This document shows, piece after piece, positions 50,001 to 63,400 of a stretch of 64,000 nucleotides of DNA. Position numbers and translations under genes: made by a program. Each line of letters opens with the position of its first letter. The stretch's first letter is position 1. This DNA comes from Azolla caroliniana (taxonomy: Eukaryota > Plantae > Polypodiophyta). The stretch covers positions 18,042,001 through 18,106,000 of the forward strand of contig JBHGNT010000013.1 in NCBI GenBank assembly GCA_043228905.1, read 5' to 3'. The notes below the pieces were generated by a model. The model did no database searches. It had not been told where the DNA came from and saw only the letters and a list, made by a program, of their open reading frames with translations.

Positions 50001-52881
50001 GGAATTTCGCGATGTGTTCGCCTAGTCATATGAAGACATGCGAGGACTCGACCCTCAGTTATACCAGCATTAGGTTCACTTGAGCAAAGACGCAAAACCA
50101 GTGGCACAAAGACGGTACTGGATGAATCCCAATTATGCCGCCAAAGTCAAGGAGGAAATCGACAAACTGCTAAGAGTTGGCTTTATCTGTCCGGTAAAGA
50201 AAGCGACATGGCTGAGCCCGATCGTAGTCGTACCGAAGAAGAACGGAAAAATTCGAGTTTGTGTGGACTACCGGAAACTTAATGCAGCTACAGTAACGGA
50301 TGCGTTTCCACTTCCGTTCACAGATGGAGTGTTGGATGTCGTCGCCGGCCATGAGGTCTATAGCTTCCTAGACGGATTCAACGGGTATAATCAGATCCGG
50401 ATGCACCCCGACGACCAAGAGAAAACGGCTTTCGTCACCGAATGGAGGGTGTTTGTGGCCGTGGTGATGATGTTCGGACTCAAAACGGCACCGACAACAT
50501 TTCAACGAATCATCATGGAAATCTTTGGTGAATATATTCCGACTTTTATGCAGGTTTTCCTTGACAATTTCGCTGTCTATAGCTGGGAGGAGGACCATTT
50601 TCAGCACCTCCGTCTTTGTCTAGAAAAGTGTAGAGCGTACCGGCTAAGCTTGAATCCGGCAAAGTGTGTATTTGGCGTGTCCAGTGGAACTTTATTAGGA
50701 CATATTGTGAGCCAGGAAGGTATTGCAATCGACCCGGACAAAGTGAAAGCCATATTAGAAGCACCAACATCGGCAACGGCAAAGGCATTAAGCCGGTTCT
50801 TAGGCCAGATCTGGTGGCACTGCCGGATGCTCCGATACTTGGCCGACCTGGCTACACCGTTGCATGCCGCCATACATCGGACACCATTCCAGTGGACCAA
50901 CACCGAGGATAGGGCGTATAGGGCCCTCAAGGTACTATTGTCGCAAGCACCGGTAGTGCAGCCTCCGGATTGGAGTAAAGAATTTCATGTGTTTGTGGAC
51001 GCCTTCGACATCGCAATCGGAAGCGTATTGATGCAGCTTATGGAGCCAAAGTGGTATCGGCCAGTGTACTATGCCAGCCGTAAGTTATCCCAAGCAGAAC
51101 GGAACTACTCTACCACGGAACGGGAAGCTCTAGGGATGATCTACAGTGTGACAAAGTTTCGGCATTATTTATTGGGAAGGAAGTTCTCCTTCCATGTAGA
51201 TCATTTGGCACTCCTTTACCTGGTGTCCAAAGCGTCACTCATCGGTAAATTGGCCCGGTGGACCTTACTGTTACAGGAATTTGAGTTTGAAATATTCCGC
51301 CAACCCAGTATACAGCATGTCGTGGCGGATTACTTAAGCCGATTAGAGTCCGGAGAGACGGGTGACGGAGTAGCGGATGAGTTTCCGAATGCGGAGCTGT
51401 TTCGAGTCACTACGGAAACGGCAGCAGATGAGACGGTGACACAGGAAGACAAGTGACTCACAAACATGCACCAGTTTTTGAGCATAGGACTACCTCCGGA
51501 AGAGATGAACTGGGACGAACGGAAATGCCTGGCGGTGCAAAGCCGACATTTCTGCTTATTGCAAGACACACTTTACCACAAGGGCGCGGACGGCATATGG
51601 AGATGGGCTGTGCACAGTGATGAAAAGGACCTGATACTGAGGGAAGCCCACTGCGGAGTTGCCGGAGGCCACTATGCCGGAGATGCAACAGCTAGGAAAA
51701 TATGGCAAAGTGGCCTATGGTGGCCAATGACATTAAGAGATGCGGTACGGTACGCAAAAGAATGTGACCTATGCCAGCGAATGGGCCAACCAACGGAGCA
51801 GGCTCGTATGCCACACTAGCCGGTACTACCACTCGAGCCATTCCAGAAGTGGGGGCTGGACTTTGTTGGACCGTTCAAACCACCGGCAATGAGAACGGGT
51901 AATCGGTACGTCATCGTCGCGACGGATTACTGCACAAAATGGGTGGAGGCCAAAGCCTTAAGAGACAACATCGTTGCGTCAACGACGAATTTTCTATATG
52001 AGTACATCTGGTGCCGTTACGGATGCCCAATCGAATTAATAAGCGACCAAGGGGGGCACTTTCTCAGCCAAGTAGTTGAAAGCCTGACGACATTCTATGT
52101 CGTTGTCCATAAACGGAGCACACCATACTATCCGCAAGCAAACGGGCTAGCGGAATCGACGAACAAAACGCTCCAGAATATCCTCCGGAAGATCGTCAAC
52201 GAAAACCGAACGGATTGGGATACCAAGCTACATAGCGCGCTTTGGGAATACCGGACGACATATAAAACGAGCATCCGAACAACACCGTTCTGGTTAGCGT
52301 TCGGACTAGAGGCGGTAATGCCGGTGGAATTCCAAGTACCCAGCTTACGGATCCAGCTACGGGAACGGCTAAACGAGAAGGAGTCAGAGGCAATACAGTT
52401 AACAACGTTGTGTGAACTCGAGGAACAACGACTGACAAGCATCCTACACTTACAATTGGAACAACGACGACGGAAAGCATTTGTCGACCGGCACAGGAAA
52501 GGAAACGAAAAAATGTTCGCAATCGGCAAACCGGTGTTAGTATTTCAGACCCGGATGGGTAAGATGCCGGGTAAACTACGGTTTAGATGGACCGGCCCGT
52601 ATTGGCGGACACGTGAGTATAATGGGTCCTACCAGTTAGGGACACTTGCCGGTGAAGTGCTAGGCAAATGGGTCAACGGATTCCGATTGAAGCCATATAG
52701 AGGACCGATGCCTAAGAACCCATTTGAGCAAAGGACCGACACCGGTGAGGAAACGGCAACCTGTGAGGGGAACGACAACCACCAAGACGGAGGAGACGGC
52801 ATGCCGGTAACAGGGGAGAATGAGGCAACGGCAAACTGTAATGAGGCCGGTAAGGGTCCGATAGGACCAACGGACAACTAG
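47056..52881 (+). pseudogene. Gypsy gag-pol, single frame broken only by in-frame stops
   Basis: All ORF-track fragments share one frame: CCHC knuckles, protease IDGGS, RT (VCVDYRKLN; FLDNF), RNase H (YSTTEREAL) and integrase (HHCC; DQGGHF; YYPQANGLAE). Confidence 0.93.
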
Positions 52882-53259
52882 TTAAACCCCACACCACATT
52901 AAAAGGTATCAAAAAAAAAAACGAAGTAATCATGCAAAAGCGAGGAATGAATGGACGAAAGAGCGAGGAGCGAAAAGGTACGTAGTGGGCATTTAAAGCG
53001 TCACCACAAGACATAATGCTATTTTAGTACACGACATGCACACACTCGAAAAAGGCGCCAGAAAGCACAGAGAAAAACCATTGTGCGTGGAAACCCTCTA
53101 CTTTCGCGAACCCAGGAGCACAGAAGCACCAAGGCGCTGCAAGATCATCAGACGAGAAACTACACATAGAGAACCCCCGCCTTCTGAACTCTCTCTCTCT
53201 CTCACTCTCACTCTCATCACCAGCCAACCTCGCTGCCACAAGCCGACCTCGACACAGAC

Positions 53260-56028
53260 ATGGACCCGCAAACGCTGTCGGAAGCCGCCAAGACATGGCT
53301 AAAGCGACACGGGCTCGAGGGCTTCTTGATGATTAGGTACCGCCACACAAAGAAGCCGACAAGGTGATCAAAGAAATCGACACAGAGCTCATAACGGTGG
53401 AGGCGATTCGAGCGTTAACAGGCCTTCCGGAGGGAGGCATACTCACGATTGACAATCCGACCTCGGAGCAACTCATCGGGTATTTTGGTGAGTACTCCCT
53501 AGCCAGCAAGGGCTACTAGACACAGGGCGGCGGAGATATGTTGTTCCGCGAGATTGCTCGTGTGCTCCACGAATACGGCCATGTGTACCCTAGACCCCTT
53601 GTCATGCCGCAGAACCGAGCAGGGATGATCATCACCACCTATGAAGGGATCAAGGTGGATTGGCCGGTATTGATCGCAGACGGGTTGTGTGCGGCGATCG
53701 AGATCGTCAGAGGCAAAGACGGCAAAGAAGGTCGAGACAGACGGAGGATATGGCACGCCGTAACGCAGTGGCTCACCTTGCTTGTGCCACCCGTCCACCC
53801 CAAGAAGCGAGGAAGAGTGGCGGACGGCACCCCAAAGATGGCTTCCAAAAGACAACAGTTGTTGGCCTCTAAGGCCACTAAGGGGAAGGCGGCGGACGTA
53901 GAACAGGCGGGAAAGGAGAGCGGCAGCCGGAAGCGGCCAATGGATGCGCAGGAGGAACCACCGGCACGGCCCATAAAGGTTACACTACGCCGACCGGTGA
54001 ATAGAGAAGCGGACCCCTTGGCGGCAAAACTCAATGCCGGGACTCAGGAAGAGGAAATAGAGGAGGAGCCTACGGAGGACCTCTAGCAACGGTCATCGGC
54101 AAGGACCGTTGAGGCAGCTGGGAAACGTTCGGACCCTCAGACGGAGGGAACACCGGCTCCCCATACTGAAACTCCCACGCCAAGGGAGGAACCGGAACCG
54201 ATGCGCATGGCACCGGAATCAGAAGCCCCGGCACCACCGGCAACACCGGCAAGTCCCATCCCGCCAGAGCCAGAAATGTCAATGTAGCCTCCCTCGGCCA
54301 ACCAAGAAGAAGCGCAAGGGGAACCAAGACAGCAGGGTGGTCCACGGGCTGAAACGGAATTGCATCTCGGCGCAATCAGGCTGGACCACCCATCTACAAG
54401 CGAGCCCATCTGTCAAACCTCCGTGCAAGCACAACAATGCACCGGTAGCCTGTGGCTCCGGTGGATAGGCGAACAGATTGCCGGAGCAGTGGGGTATATT
54501 GAGGCGGAAGAAAGAGCGCAAAGCGAACGGTTGCTCGTCACAACCGAACAACTAGAGACGGCCCGGTCCAGAATCCGGTGCCTTGAAAAAGACTTGGATC
54601 AGGTCACGACAGAGATGGCCAAAATGGCCTTAACGGCAACACAGATCCAATCACCGGTGACTCCGGTAAGTGTACAGAATAAAGAAACAGATCGACCTGT
54701 ACATACCAATAAGACCCCGGCAACGGAAACCATTCCGGCGAGAGATGCGGCGCAAGCCCAGGAGCTTGTGGAATTGAGAGATGAACTTGCCGCACAAGAA
54801 GTGCTAAGGAGCCGTGAACGGGAATTGAAGACAGCGGCCGAAGCCGAATTAAAGAAGACTGTTGAGAACCTCCGCTGGTCGGAGGAGAGCCTCCGGAAAG
54901 ACCATCAAGCGTACGACCGGCTAAGGGAGGAAAAAGACAAAGTGTTGCAGGAAAAGGACAAGCTACGGAAGACGGCGGAAACGGAAATTGAATGGCTAAA
55001 GGAAAAGCTCCGCCAACAGAAGGACCGCGAGGACCGGGCCCGTCGACAGATCAACGCACGGCTCAAGCAAAAGACAGATGATTTTGAGCACCTGCACCGG
55101 GACTACAAACGGCTGGAAACGGAGCATAAGGAACGGATGGCCGAGCTCCAGCAGGAAGTTGATCGGGCCGCGACGGCGATCACCGACGAACGTGCGGAAA
55201 ATACAAGACGGTTGGAAGAGGCGGAGAAGGTCTGGATGGAGCTTCAGAGGCAGCAGCAGGAAGAAAAGGAGAGAGCGTCAACGGTATTGCAGAAATTACA
55301 AAGCACATATCAAAGGCAATTGACGCATTACAAGGAACAAGCGGAAGACAACGTCAAAATCATCAAGCAATTGAAGGAGGAACGGCAAGCGGCGGAAATC
55401 AAATCGCAATTGGGAACGGGCCGAATTCAGTGCATCCTCCGAGCATCAAACAAAACGCTTGATTGACGAAAGCTCCGTAAGATGGTGGACAAAGTGAGCA
55501 CAAAACGCGGCGGAACTCCAATTGCTACGGGCAGACGTGGCAAACCGGCGGAAGGAAGGAGATGATTGTTATACGTTGACTTCCGAGGACTTCACTGCCA
55601 TACGGGACGAGCTGGCCGACGACTTCCAAGTCCTGGCGGATGAACAACTGGCGCAGGTCCGGCAACTCGTAGCTCAGCTAGACGATGATAGGATGGACGC
55701 TCAAATCCAGCTTGAAAGCTACGAGCGGTCCCGGGTTCGGGAAGAAAAAGCACGGGAAGTGGCAACGGTTAACCTTAGTGATGAGGAACCGTCGCCGGTC
55801 GAGGGCCAGCCCGGAACCAATCGACCGGAGACCACTACGACGGAGGGAGCAACGACAAAGACGTCGGTGTCAGAGCAACAAACGGAGGAGCAACCGCAAC
55901 AGCCACCAACGGACCCGTCGCAGCAGACATCAACAGAGCAGCAACAGCAACAACAACAACAACCAATTCCAGATGAACCATTGGAGACTCTCGAACAAAG
56001 CATTCTGGATATTTTGGACGAAGAATAG
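53260..56028 (+). pseudogene. Extra sense ORF of gypsy element A: globular N-terminus plus long coiled-coil and acidic/Q-rich tail
   Basis: Begins MDPQTLSEAAKTWLKRHGLEGFL. Fragments 53538-54086, 54360-55466 (E/K/R/Q heptad-rich) and 55522-56028 lie between INT and the 3' LTR. Confidence 0.7.
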
Positions 56029-56988
56029 CAAGGGTCGGTTGTGGATTCGACGTACAAGGTACTGTCCCACGGGCGTGCCATGTGTTATCGACCGGCAAAG
56101 GAGTCCAGAGTGTGAAACGGGGAGTTATTTAATTAGTAGGAATGGTTGTAAGTAAGCTATGAGTGTGGACGGACGGACCGGAATCGGTATGCCGTTCCGG
56201 ATCCGGACCGATCCCGAACAGGTGCGGATGGGACCGTTTTGTAATACAAACCGGAAACTTATTTAAAGGCCTGGATACAATGTAATGAACAACGGTTAAT
56301 TAATAAAGCTCAGTGTTGTTATCTCTCTGTGTTAATTGTCGTTCTGCATTCATTGTTATATCTTACACGTGTGATTATTAAAGACGATCATGCTAAGTAA
56401 CCTAATTAAGTCGGATTAATCGTTGAGTCTAATCTTGTTGTCGTAACACCCCTTTGGTGAAGTGTCTTCCGTAGACACCATGTGTTAGGCCATTGTCCGG
56501 CCCTAAGAGTTAACACATTCTTCTTTGGTACCGTGAACCACCTATTTGAGTAAGGAGCATTCGACATTTCCAGAATTCCCATCTCGACCTTCTCTTTCAA
56601 GAGCTTGATTAATTTTGGAATGTGTGCTCTTGGGACTGGTATTGGATTTAGGTTCCACGACACATGTGGTATTGTGAATATCACCATCAGTTCTATTATC
56701 CTTGGATTTGCACATCCGATTTCGTTTGGATAGAATGCAAATGCTTTCGCATGTCTTTCGAGCATTTCCCAGAATGTGACTTCTTCTTCTGGCAAGAGAA
56801 ATTCATCTTTCCCGACACGAAGCTTCTCTCTTGTCTCTTTAATGAAGGTATATCTGATTCCTCTCGAATCCCTTAGGCTTGGATCCCGTGCACCTTCCTT
56901 CATTCTTTGCCAACTATCCTTAGGTAGTGGAACAACAACAAGCTTTACTTTCTTGTCCACTGTTTTGTATTTCGTATTAACTTCGACT

Positions 56989-57286
56989 ATCTCGGCCATG
57001 ATACTTCAATTATACTTGTCGATGGCAATGTACATTTCAATGGAGTTGATCTAAATTGATCACTGGCTACGAGGGCTCAAGTCCACAATCTCGGCCATGA
57101 TACTTCAATTATACTTGTCGATGGCAATGTACATTTCAATGGAGTTTATCTAAATTTATCACTGGCTATGAGGGCTCAAGTCCACAATCTCGGCCATGAT
57201 ACTTCAATTATACTTGTCGGTGGCAATGTACATTTCAATGGAGTTTATCTAAATTGATCACTGGCTACGAGGGCTCAAGTCCACAA
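56989..57286. repeat. 99-bp triplication inside gypsy element B
   Basis: Units start at 56989, 57088 and 57187 (ATCTCGGCCATGATACTTCAATTATAC...). Confidence 0.9.
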
Positions 57287-57460
57287 CATTCTCCATTTCG
57301 CCAATGGTGTTCTTAAATGAGACTTCCTCCATAACCCATTCAATGCTTTCATCGTTTTCCACTACTTGTTCTTCTCTTAAAGCTTCCTCAAAGCTTTGCA
57401 TCCAAGACTTCTCTTCTTTGTCAAATGTGCTGATTTTGCACACTCCATTAGGGGCTACAT

Positions 57461-60400
57461 TGTCGTGAAGATCTGTCACTACGTGCGGATCGTGAGGCGG
57501 AACCATAGGGGTCTTGGACCGGAAGGACTCGATGTTTTTCTAGCATAAGTGAGAAAGTATTTAGAAGATAGATGGATGGATGGATATGGAGAGGGGGGGG
57601 GGGGGGGGGAGAGAGAGAGAGAGAGAGAGAGAGATTGATTAAGATAGAGATCAAATCCTTGACATTAGATTTGAGAGACAAAGTACATCACCATTAGAGT
57701 AACTTAGATCTTGTATTATATTTTTTTTTTTCTTACATCACTTGCCTCCCTTACACAAGCCCAACTATAGGCCTTTATAGGTCTCTCCATGCAAAAACCA
57801 TGGGCTGAAACAATGGGCTAAAACCACGAGCTAAAACCATGGTTTTGTGCCCATGGTTTCTATATGTTTGCTTCCTATAAAATACTGAATATGAAAAGAA
57901 AATATACAAATTCTAAAGCATTCAGTAGTGGTTTTAGTGGTAAGTTAATTTGTTTCCTATTTTGGAGGTGCAAGGTTCAAGCCTTGCTTCCACCCCTATG
58001 TATGCACTTAAATGTTACTAGGCTTTAGTCTTATTTTTATATTTACAATTGAGCGCACATCACACGTGCACATGTTTAACTTTACATCTAGCTTTTCTTT
58101 TACGATTCTCATTTCAGTCCTATTTACAACATGTTAGCATATGCATGTGGCCTTCAGCCCTTTCACACGTGCACATTGCACCTTCTCGATTTCGTTCATT
58201 GCACACAATTTTCACACCGTTGCCGAAAATCTTCATGACATCGACCCCCACCAAACCGCACGTCCTCCGGTACGTGCCAAGAAGAGAGAGTGTTAGATTT
58301 CGGCTACGGTGATCAATCAAATTCCTCCACGACCTCGTGTACATAACTCAAGTTTGTAGGTTCCGTCCTACTATCTTCATTGTCGAGGTGATCGAGGTCA
58401 TGATCCTCGTCTTATCTTTTCTTGAAAATCTTTACTCTTTTTCCCGCAATGGATATGGCCAACCTTGATCCATCTAGCTCCGCAAGGTGGTATGTGGCAT
58501 TGTCGTTGGCACTTATCACTATATACGGTCTAAACCATCTTGTTGCAAACTTCCTTGCTATATTGTGTTGATTGTCAAGGCTGTTGTTGTAGACCAATAC
58601 CCAATCTCCTTCTTCGATCTTCTTGGGATGCAGTCGATATGTCTTGTCGAACCGAATTTTGTTCTTCACTTGGGCTGCCTCCATCATCTTTCGCGCTTTT
58701 TCTAGATCTTCAGGTCTCCTTTCAAGTTGTCTTATCCGTTGTCGTGACGTGGCTCGCCTAGAAGCGTAGCGTTGCGTAGACAAAAGATATCGTGAAAGTG
58801 AGGAAGGAATCACTGGGATTATGGACGGAAGAGACGAAAGAGTAGAGATAGATAAATAGTGATCAACAAGATATGACAAGATAGGATATAGAATGATATT
58901 TGAAGCAATAAAAGAGATTTATAATTATTTGATGAAAGGGTTACAAAAGTGGTTGTACACGTCGTTGAACCTCCGAACTTTGTCTTGCAAGGTAATCACT
59001 CTTCTCTTTCTTGATCGTAGACCACTACAATCTTCACTTCAATATTTTGATGAAGATAAGGCTTGAACCGCCTCCCTCTTGTTGAGAGTTGACCACCACG
59101 ACCGCCAAGCTAGAGCTCCACCTTTATGTTAAACTTCTTCCCTTCTTTATCTATTTTTATGGTATCTCTTATGTAATACATAATTTGATTGATATCTCCT
59201 ACATATCCCCCTTTGATCTTCTCTTTCACCATTTAAATAGGTGCCCCCATGCATATGATGCATTGGAGGGTACAAGTCATGCATGTAGTGCATGAAATGC
59301 ATGTGATGCATGATAAACATCTCGCTCATTTAAGGTTTTATGTATGAAACAATATATGCAATAACAATAAACATGAAAACATAATCTTAAAGAGAAAGGG
59401 TCTAGCCTAATGGTAGTTGTGTTGACTTTGGTGTTTGAGGTTGTGGGTTTGAGTCTCAAAATACTATTGAATAGAACTTTATTTTTATATCATGAAGCAA
59501 ATCCTTTATGTAATATAAAGTATATATAAAGTATGCTTTATTTTATGTATATTACTAGTATAGAATAAATGGTAAGGTTATTGGTTCAAGTCCTCTCTTG
59601 TTCGTGTAATATAATATATTTATCTATATATATATATATATTATTTTTCTTTACATATAAATAATATTATCATATGTGTTGTTAATATTATGTTTATACA
59701 TAAAACATGATCAAATGTTATTTTAGTTACGTATTTATCTTATTCTAGACTTTTAATGTGAAGCTTTCGTACTTCACGACACCGTGCCGCTAATAATTCT
59801 TCTCGGCTCATCTCGTTCTCCCATGGTATCGCTACCCATGAGGCGATTGTCCTTTCGATGGGCATTATTGACTTTTGTCCATACATAAGCTCCGTTGGCA
59901 TATACCCTATCACTGAACTATGTGTAGTTCTATCGGCCCACAAGGCATACGGCAATAGTCATGACCAATTCCCAACTCGGCCGTTGCATGTCCGTACGAT
60001 GGCTTTGATGATTGGTCCATGCCCTCGCTTGATCTTCCCATTCACATCTAGATTGTAGGCAGTCGTGAGGGAGAGCTTCACGCCTAGTTGTTCAAAGAGC
60101 TCTGTTGCTCCGTGTGCATCCAACTCCCCTCGATCGACCACTATCTTTCCCACACATCCATATTGGCAGACAACCTCTTCGAGTAGAAATTTGCAAACTG
60201 TTGATGTCATCTTATTTGTCAAGGCCCGTCCTTCTACTTGATTTGTCAAGTCTTCTCTCGCTAGAGCTAAGTACTTCATTTGTCCCACTCCCATTGGCAT
60301 CGAGACCAGATCCACCATCCATTTGAAGTATATGGTGAGCGAGTATGTCGGTCGTAGCTCATCACGATGACGTATATTTGAATGAACTTGGCAAGTTTTG

Positions 60401-63400
60401 CATGTGGACACGAAATGGAGTACATCTTTGTACATGCTTGGCCACCAGTACTTCTCCTTCAACTTTTCGAATGTCGCCCATGTTCCTCTATGACCTACCC
60501 AAGGACTCTCGTGGAATTCGGTCATCAGGGTCACTTGCTCTTCTTTCTTTACCACCACTCGACGTGACATTCCTATCCTTCTTTTTGGGTGACGCTAAAG
60601 GAATCCTCCCCTCAAGAAGTATTGGTAAGCTTTCTTCCGGATTCGTAGAGCCTCCTCCTTCGTTAATGAAGCATCCATTGTCATTGTTCTTAAGAATCTA
60701 CCGATTAGTAACCACTCTCCTTCGTACTCGTCCTCGTTGAAGGCGTGGAGGGTTAGCGTGCCCTTGTCTTATGCCGATAGTTGAGCCATCTTGAAGAACT
60801 CGAGGGTGATGTCTTCATCTTCTGAAACCATGTCACCTTCATTCTCAAATCTTGCCATCAACAACATGTTAGCCATGGTGTTCTTCTTCCCTGCAATGTG
60901 GCGGATCTCTGGGCTTAAACACTTAATATAGGCGATCCACCTTAGCATAGTTAGATCTGGGGTCGCACATCCTGAGATCATCACGAGGATTGGGAGACAA
61001 TCTGTCTCAATTATCACTTCTGACCCGATCAGGTAGTCTTTGTCTGTCTTCACTATCGACACAATACCCCAAAGTTCCTGCTTGACTTGGGCATATCATC
61101 GTTGTCGTTCGCTGAAAACTTTTGCTCCGAACCGGATGGCATACCACACATTATCTTCTCCTTCTTGGTTGATGACCCACCCAATTCTGGTTGGGCTTGT
61201 ATCTACAGTCACATAATTTGGATTCCCTTCGGTATAGTCGGCCTTTCTTAGTGTTGGAGCTTCAAGAAGTAGTTTCTTCAATCTGTGCATCACGTTTGTG
61301 TGCTCGTCTCGCCATTCGAACTTCATTCTTTTCTTTAGCAATCCAGATATGAGCGTAGTGCGGAATCCAGATATGATAAAACACGCATGCTCCAAGGAAC
61401 CTTCGAACCTCTGTTTGGTTTACGCATTCTTCTTTCATATCTTGGATCGCGTTCACCTTGGATGCCGAAGGCTTCCGGCCATATGCTCCGCCCAAGTGAC
61501 CTACCACCAAGATCTCTAGTTGCCCGAATGCGGATTTTTCTCCCGAAAATGTCAAATTCGCATCTTCCAGCCTTTGGAGCACCTTCTCACAATGTTTCAT
61601 ATGATCCGCGACGAACTTCCTACACCCTTCCTTATCTTTCGATTCATCTTTCTCCTCATCCAAACATCCTTTTTTAGGAATATCATCCAAGAATGGCATC
61701 GTGATGTCCGGGATGCAATCCTTCAAGACCTTGTTCATGGCATTCACCATATGAGCCACCGAGTTCGTTGCACCTCGAGGCAAGGTACACATCCACATGA
61801 GCCCGATCGGAGTCCTCATGGTTGTAATGTCACGACTATCGATCGCCAACTGGAATTGGTCGTATCTAGAGTAGAAATCGCCAATGGAGTAGATGGACCG
61901 CCCCACAAACGCTTCGGCAAATTTGTCCACGCTCGGACCGATTCCAGCATTCTAAATTGTCACCTTGTTGATGGTTTGAAGATCTTGGATGAATCGCAAT
62001 GATCCATTCTTCTTCGGCACCATGAACCACCTATTAGAATAAAGAGCATTCGACGGTTCCAGAATTCCCATATTCACCTTCTCCTTTAAGAGCTCGATCA
62101 GCTTCGGTAGGTGTGCTCTCGGAACCAGTATCGGTTTCAAATTCCAAGGCACATACGACACCGTGAAGATTACCATCGGCTCTATTGTCCTTGGATCAAC
62201 ACATTCGATTTCTTGTGGGAAAAATGCGAAAGCCTTCCCATGTCGCGAAACATTCGCTCCTCTTCAGGGAAGAGGAAATCCTCCCTTCCAACTCGTAGCT
62301 TTCCTTTCGTCTCTTCAGTGAAGACATGACCTATTGCCTTTGGATCTCTTAAGCTTGGATCGTTAGCGACTTCCTTCATCTTTTGCCAGCTATCTTCCAG
62401 TAGCGGAACCGCAACTGGCTTGATCTTCCTACCCATCGTTTTATATTTTGTGTTGATGTTAGCTTCCTTCATCAAGATGCTTCGATGATATTCATCAATG
62501 ATAACGTACATGTTGATGGAGTTAACCGAAATCACATGTCGATCGTGAAGATAGCTCAAGCCCACAACGTCCTCGATTTCGCCGATGGTGTCGTTAAATG
62601 AGGCTTCTTCCATAATATGAGTCACGAACTCTTCTTATTCTATTATGTTTTCTTCTTTCGGCATCTTCTCGAAGATTTGTATCCGACGCTTGTCCTTCTT
62701 GTCGGGTAGTACTAGTTTACATGCGCCATTAGGTGTGACACATGTTGCTTCTCCTCACAATCCACGCGCTCTACCTTCTTGTGGGGACTTGTGATAGCTC
62801 GAACTATTTGTGCCCCATGCTTCAATAGTCCGCTCTAAAAATCCGAGGATTCGCCTCCAAGACTATCTCGATTTCTTTCATGATTACCTCGCACCGTTAG
62901 GATTTGAATAGATCTTTGATTGTCAAGACTCTTGATTCGCACAAAGGCTGCTCCATTATCGAACACCTTTCTTCTCCCCGATCTTCACCGGCGTCTCCAT
63001 TGTCGCTCGTGCCGAATGAGGTCGAGTATAGTGGTTGTCCACCAAATCTTCATCGACTTCGTCCCTTGCCATCGTTATGGCATTTGTTTTTGCTTTTAAC
63101 GGCTTCTCTTCTTCCTCGTTCGACTGTTGCCTTTTTCTCTTCACAAGGTCCACGATCGTATCATGGAACTCCTTCGTAATGTCGAGCAATTCCCTCAAGG
63201 ACAAGGTCACATGGCTATCGAGAACACGTTCCTCGAGAATCTTCTTCAGATCTGTCGTCTGCTCTATGTCCGACCTTAGCTTATAGGTAGGCATAGTTCT
63301 TGTCTTTCGAGCGGGGTCTTCAACACCAACCTTCACGGGTCGAACCATTTCTTCGAATCGTTTGCTCGACTCCCCTTTTCGGCTTGAGTCTCCTTCCTCC

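Larger units (their letters stand above)
46570..56515 (+). mobile_element. Full-length Ty3/gypsy LTR retrotransposon (element A, non-chromovirus) with extra 3' ORF
   Basis: LTRs at 46570-47002 and 56083-56515, TSD CATTC, PBS-like TGGCGACCACG at ~47010. Order is gag, PR, RT, RH, INT. Confidence 0.96.
45889..57460 (-). mobile_element. Ty3/gypsy pol fragment (element B; own sequence 45889-46569 and 56521-57460) split by element A
   Basis: SNAPYSNRWFTVPKKN|GTLRFIQDLQ rejoins across the insertion. RT motifs GDLYSGYDQF, LPQGATNSV and FLDD. Confidence 0.88.

Noticed and set aside
53260-56028. Calling the gypsy extra ORF an envelope gene
   Set aside because: No signal peptide or transmembrane helix is visible, and the composition is that of a soluble coiled coil.
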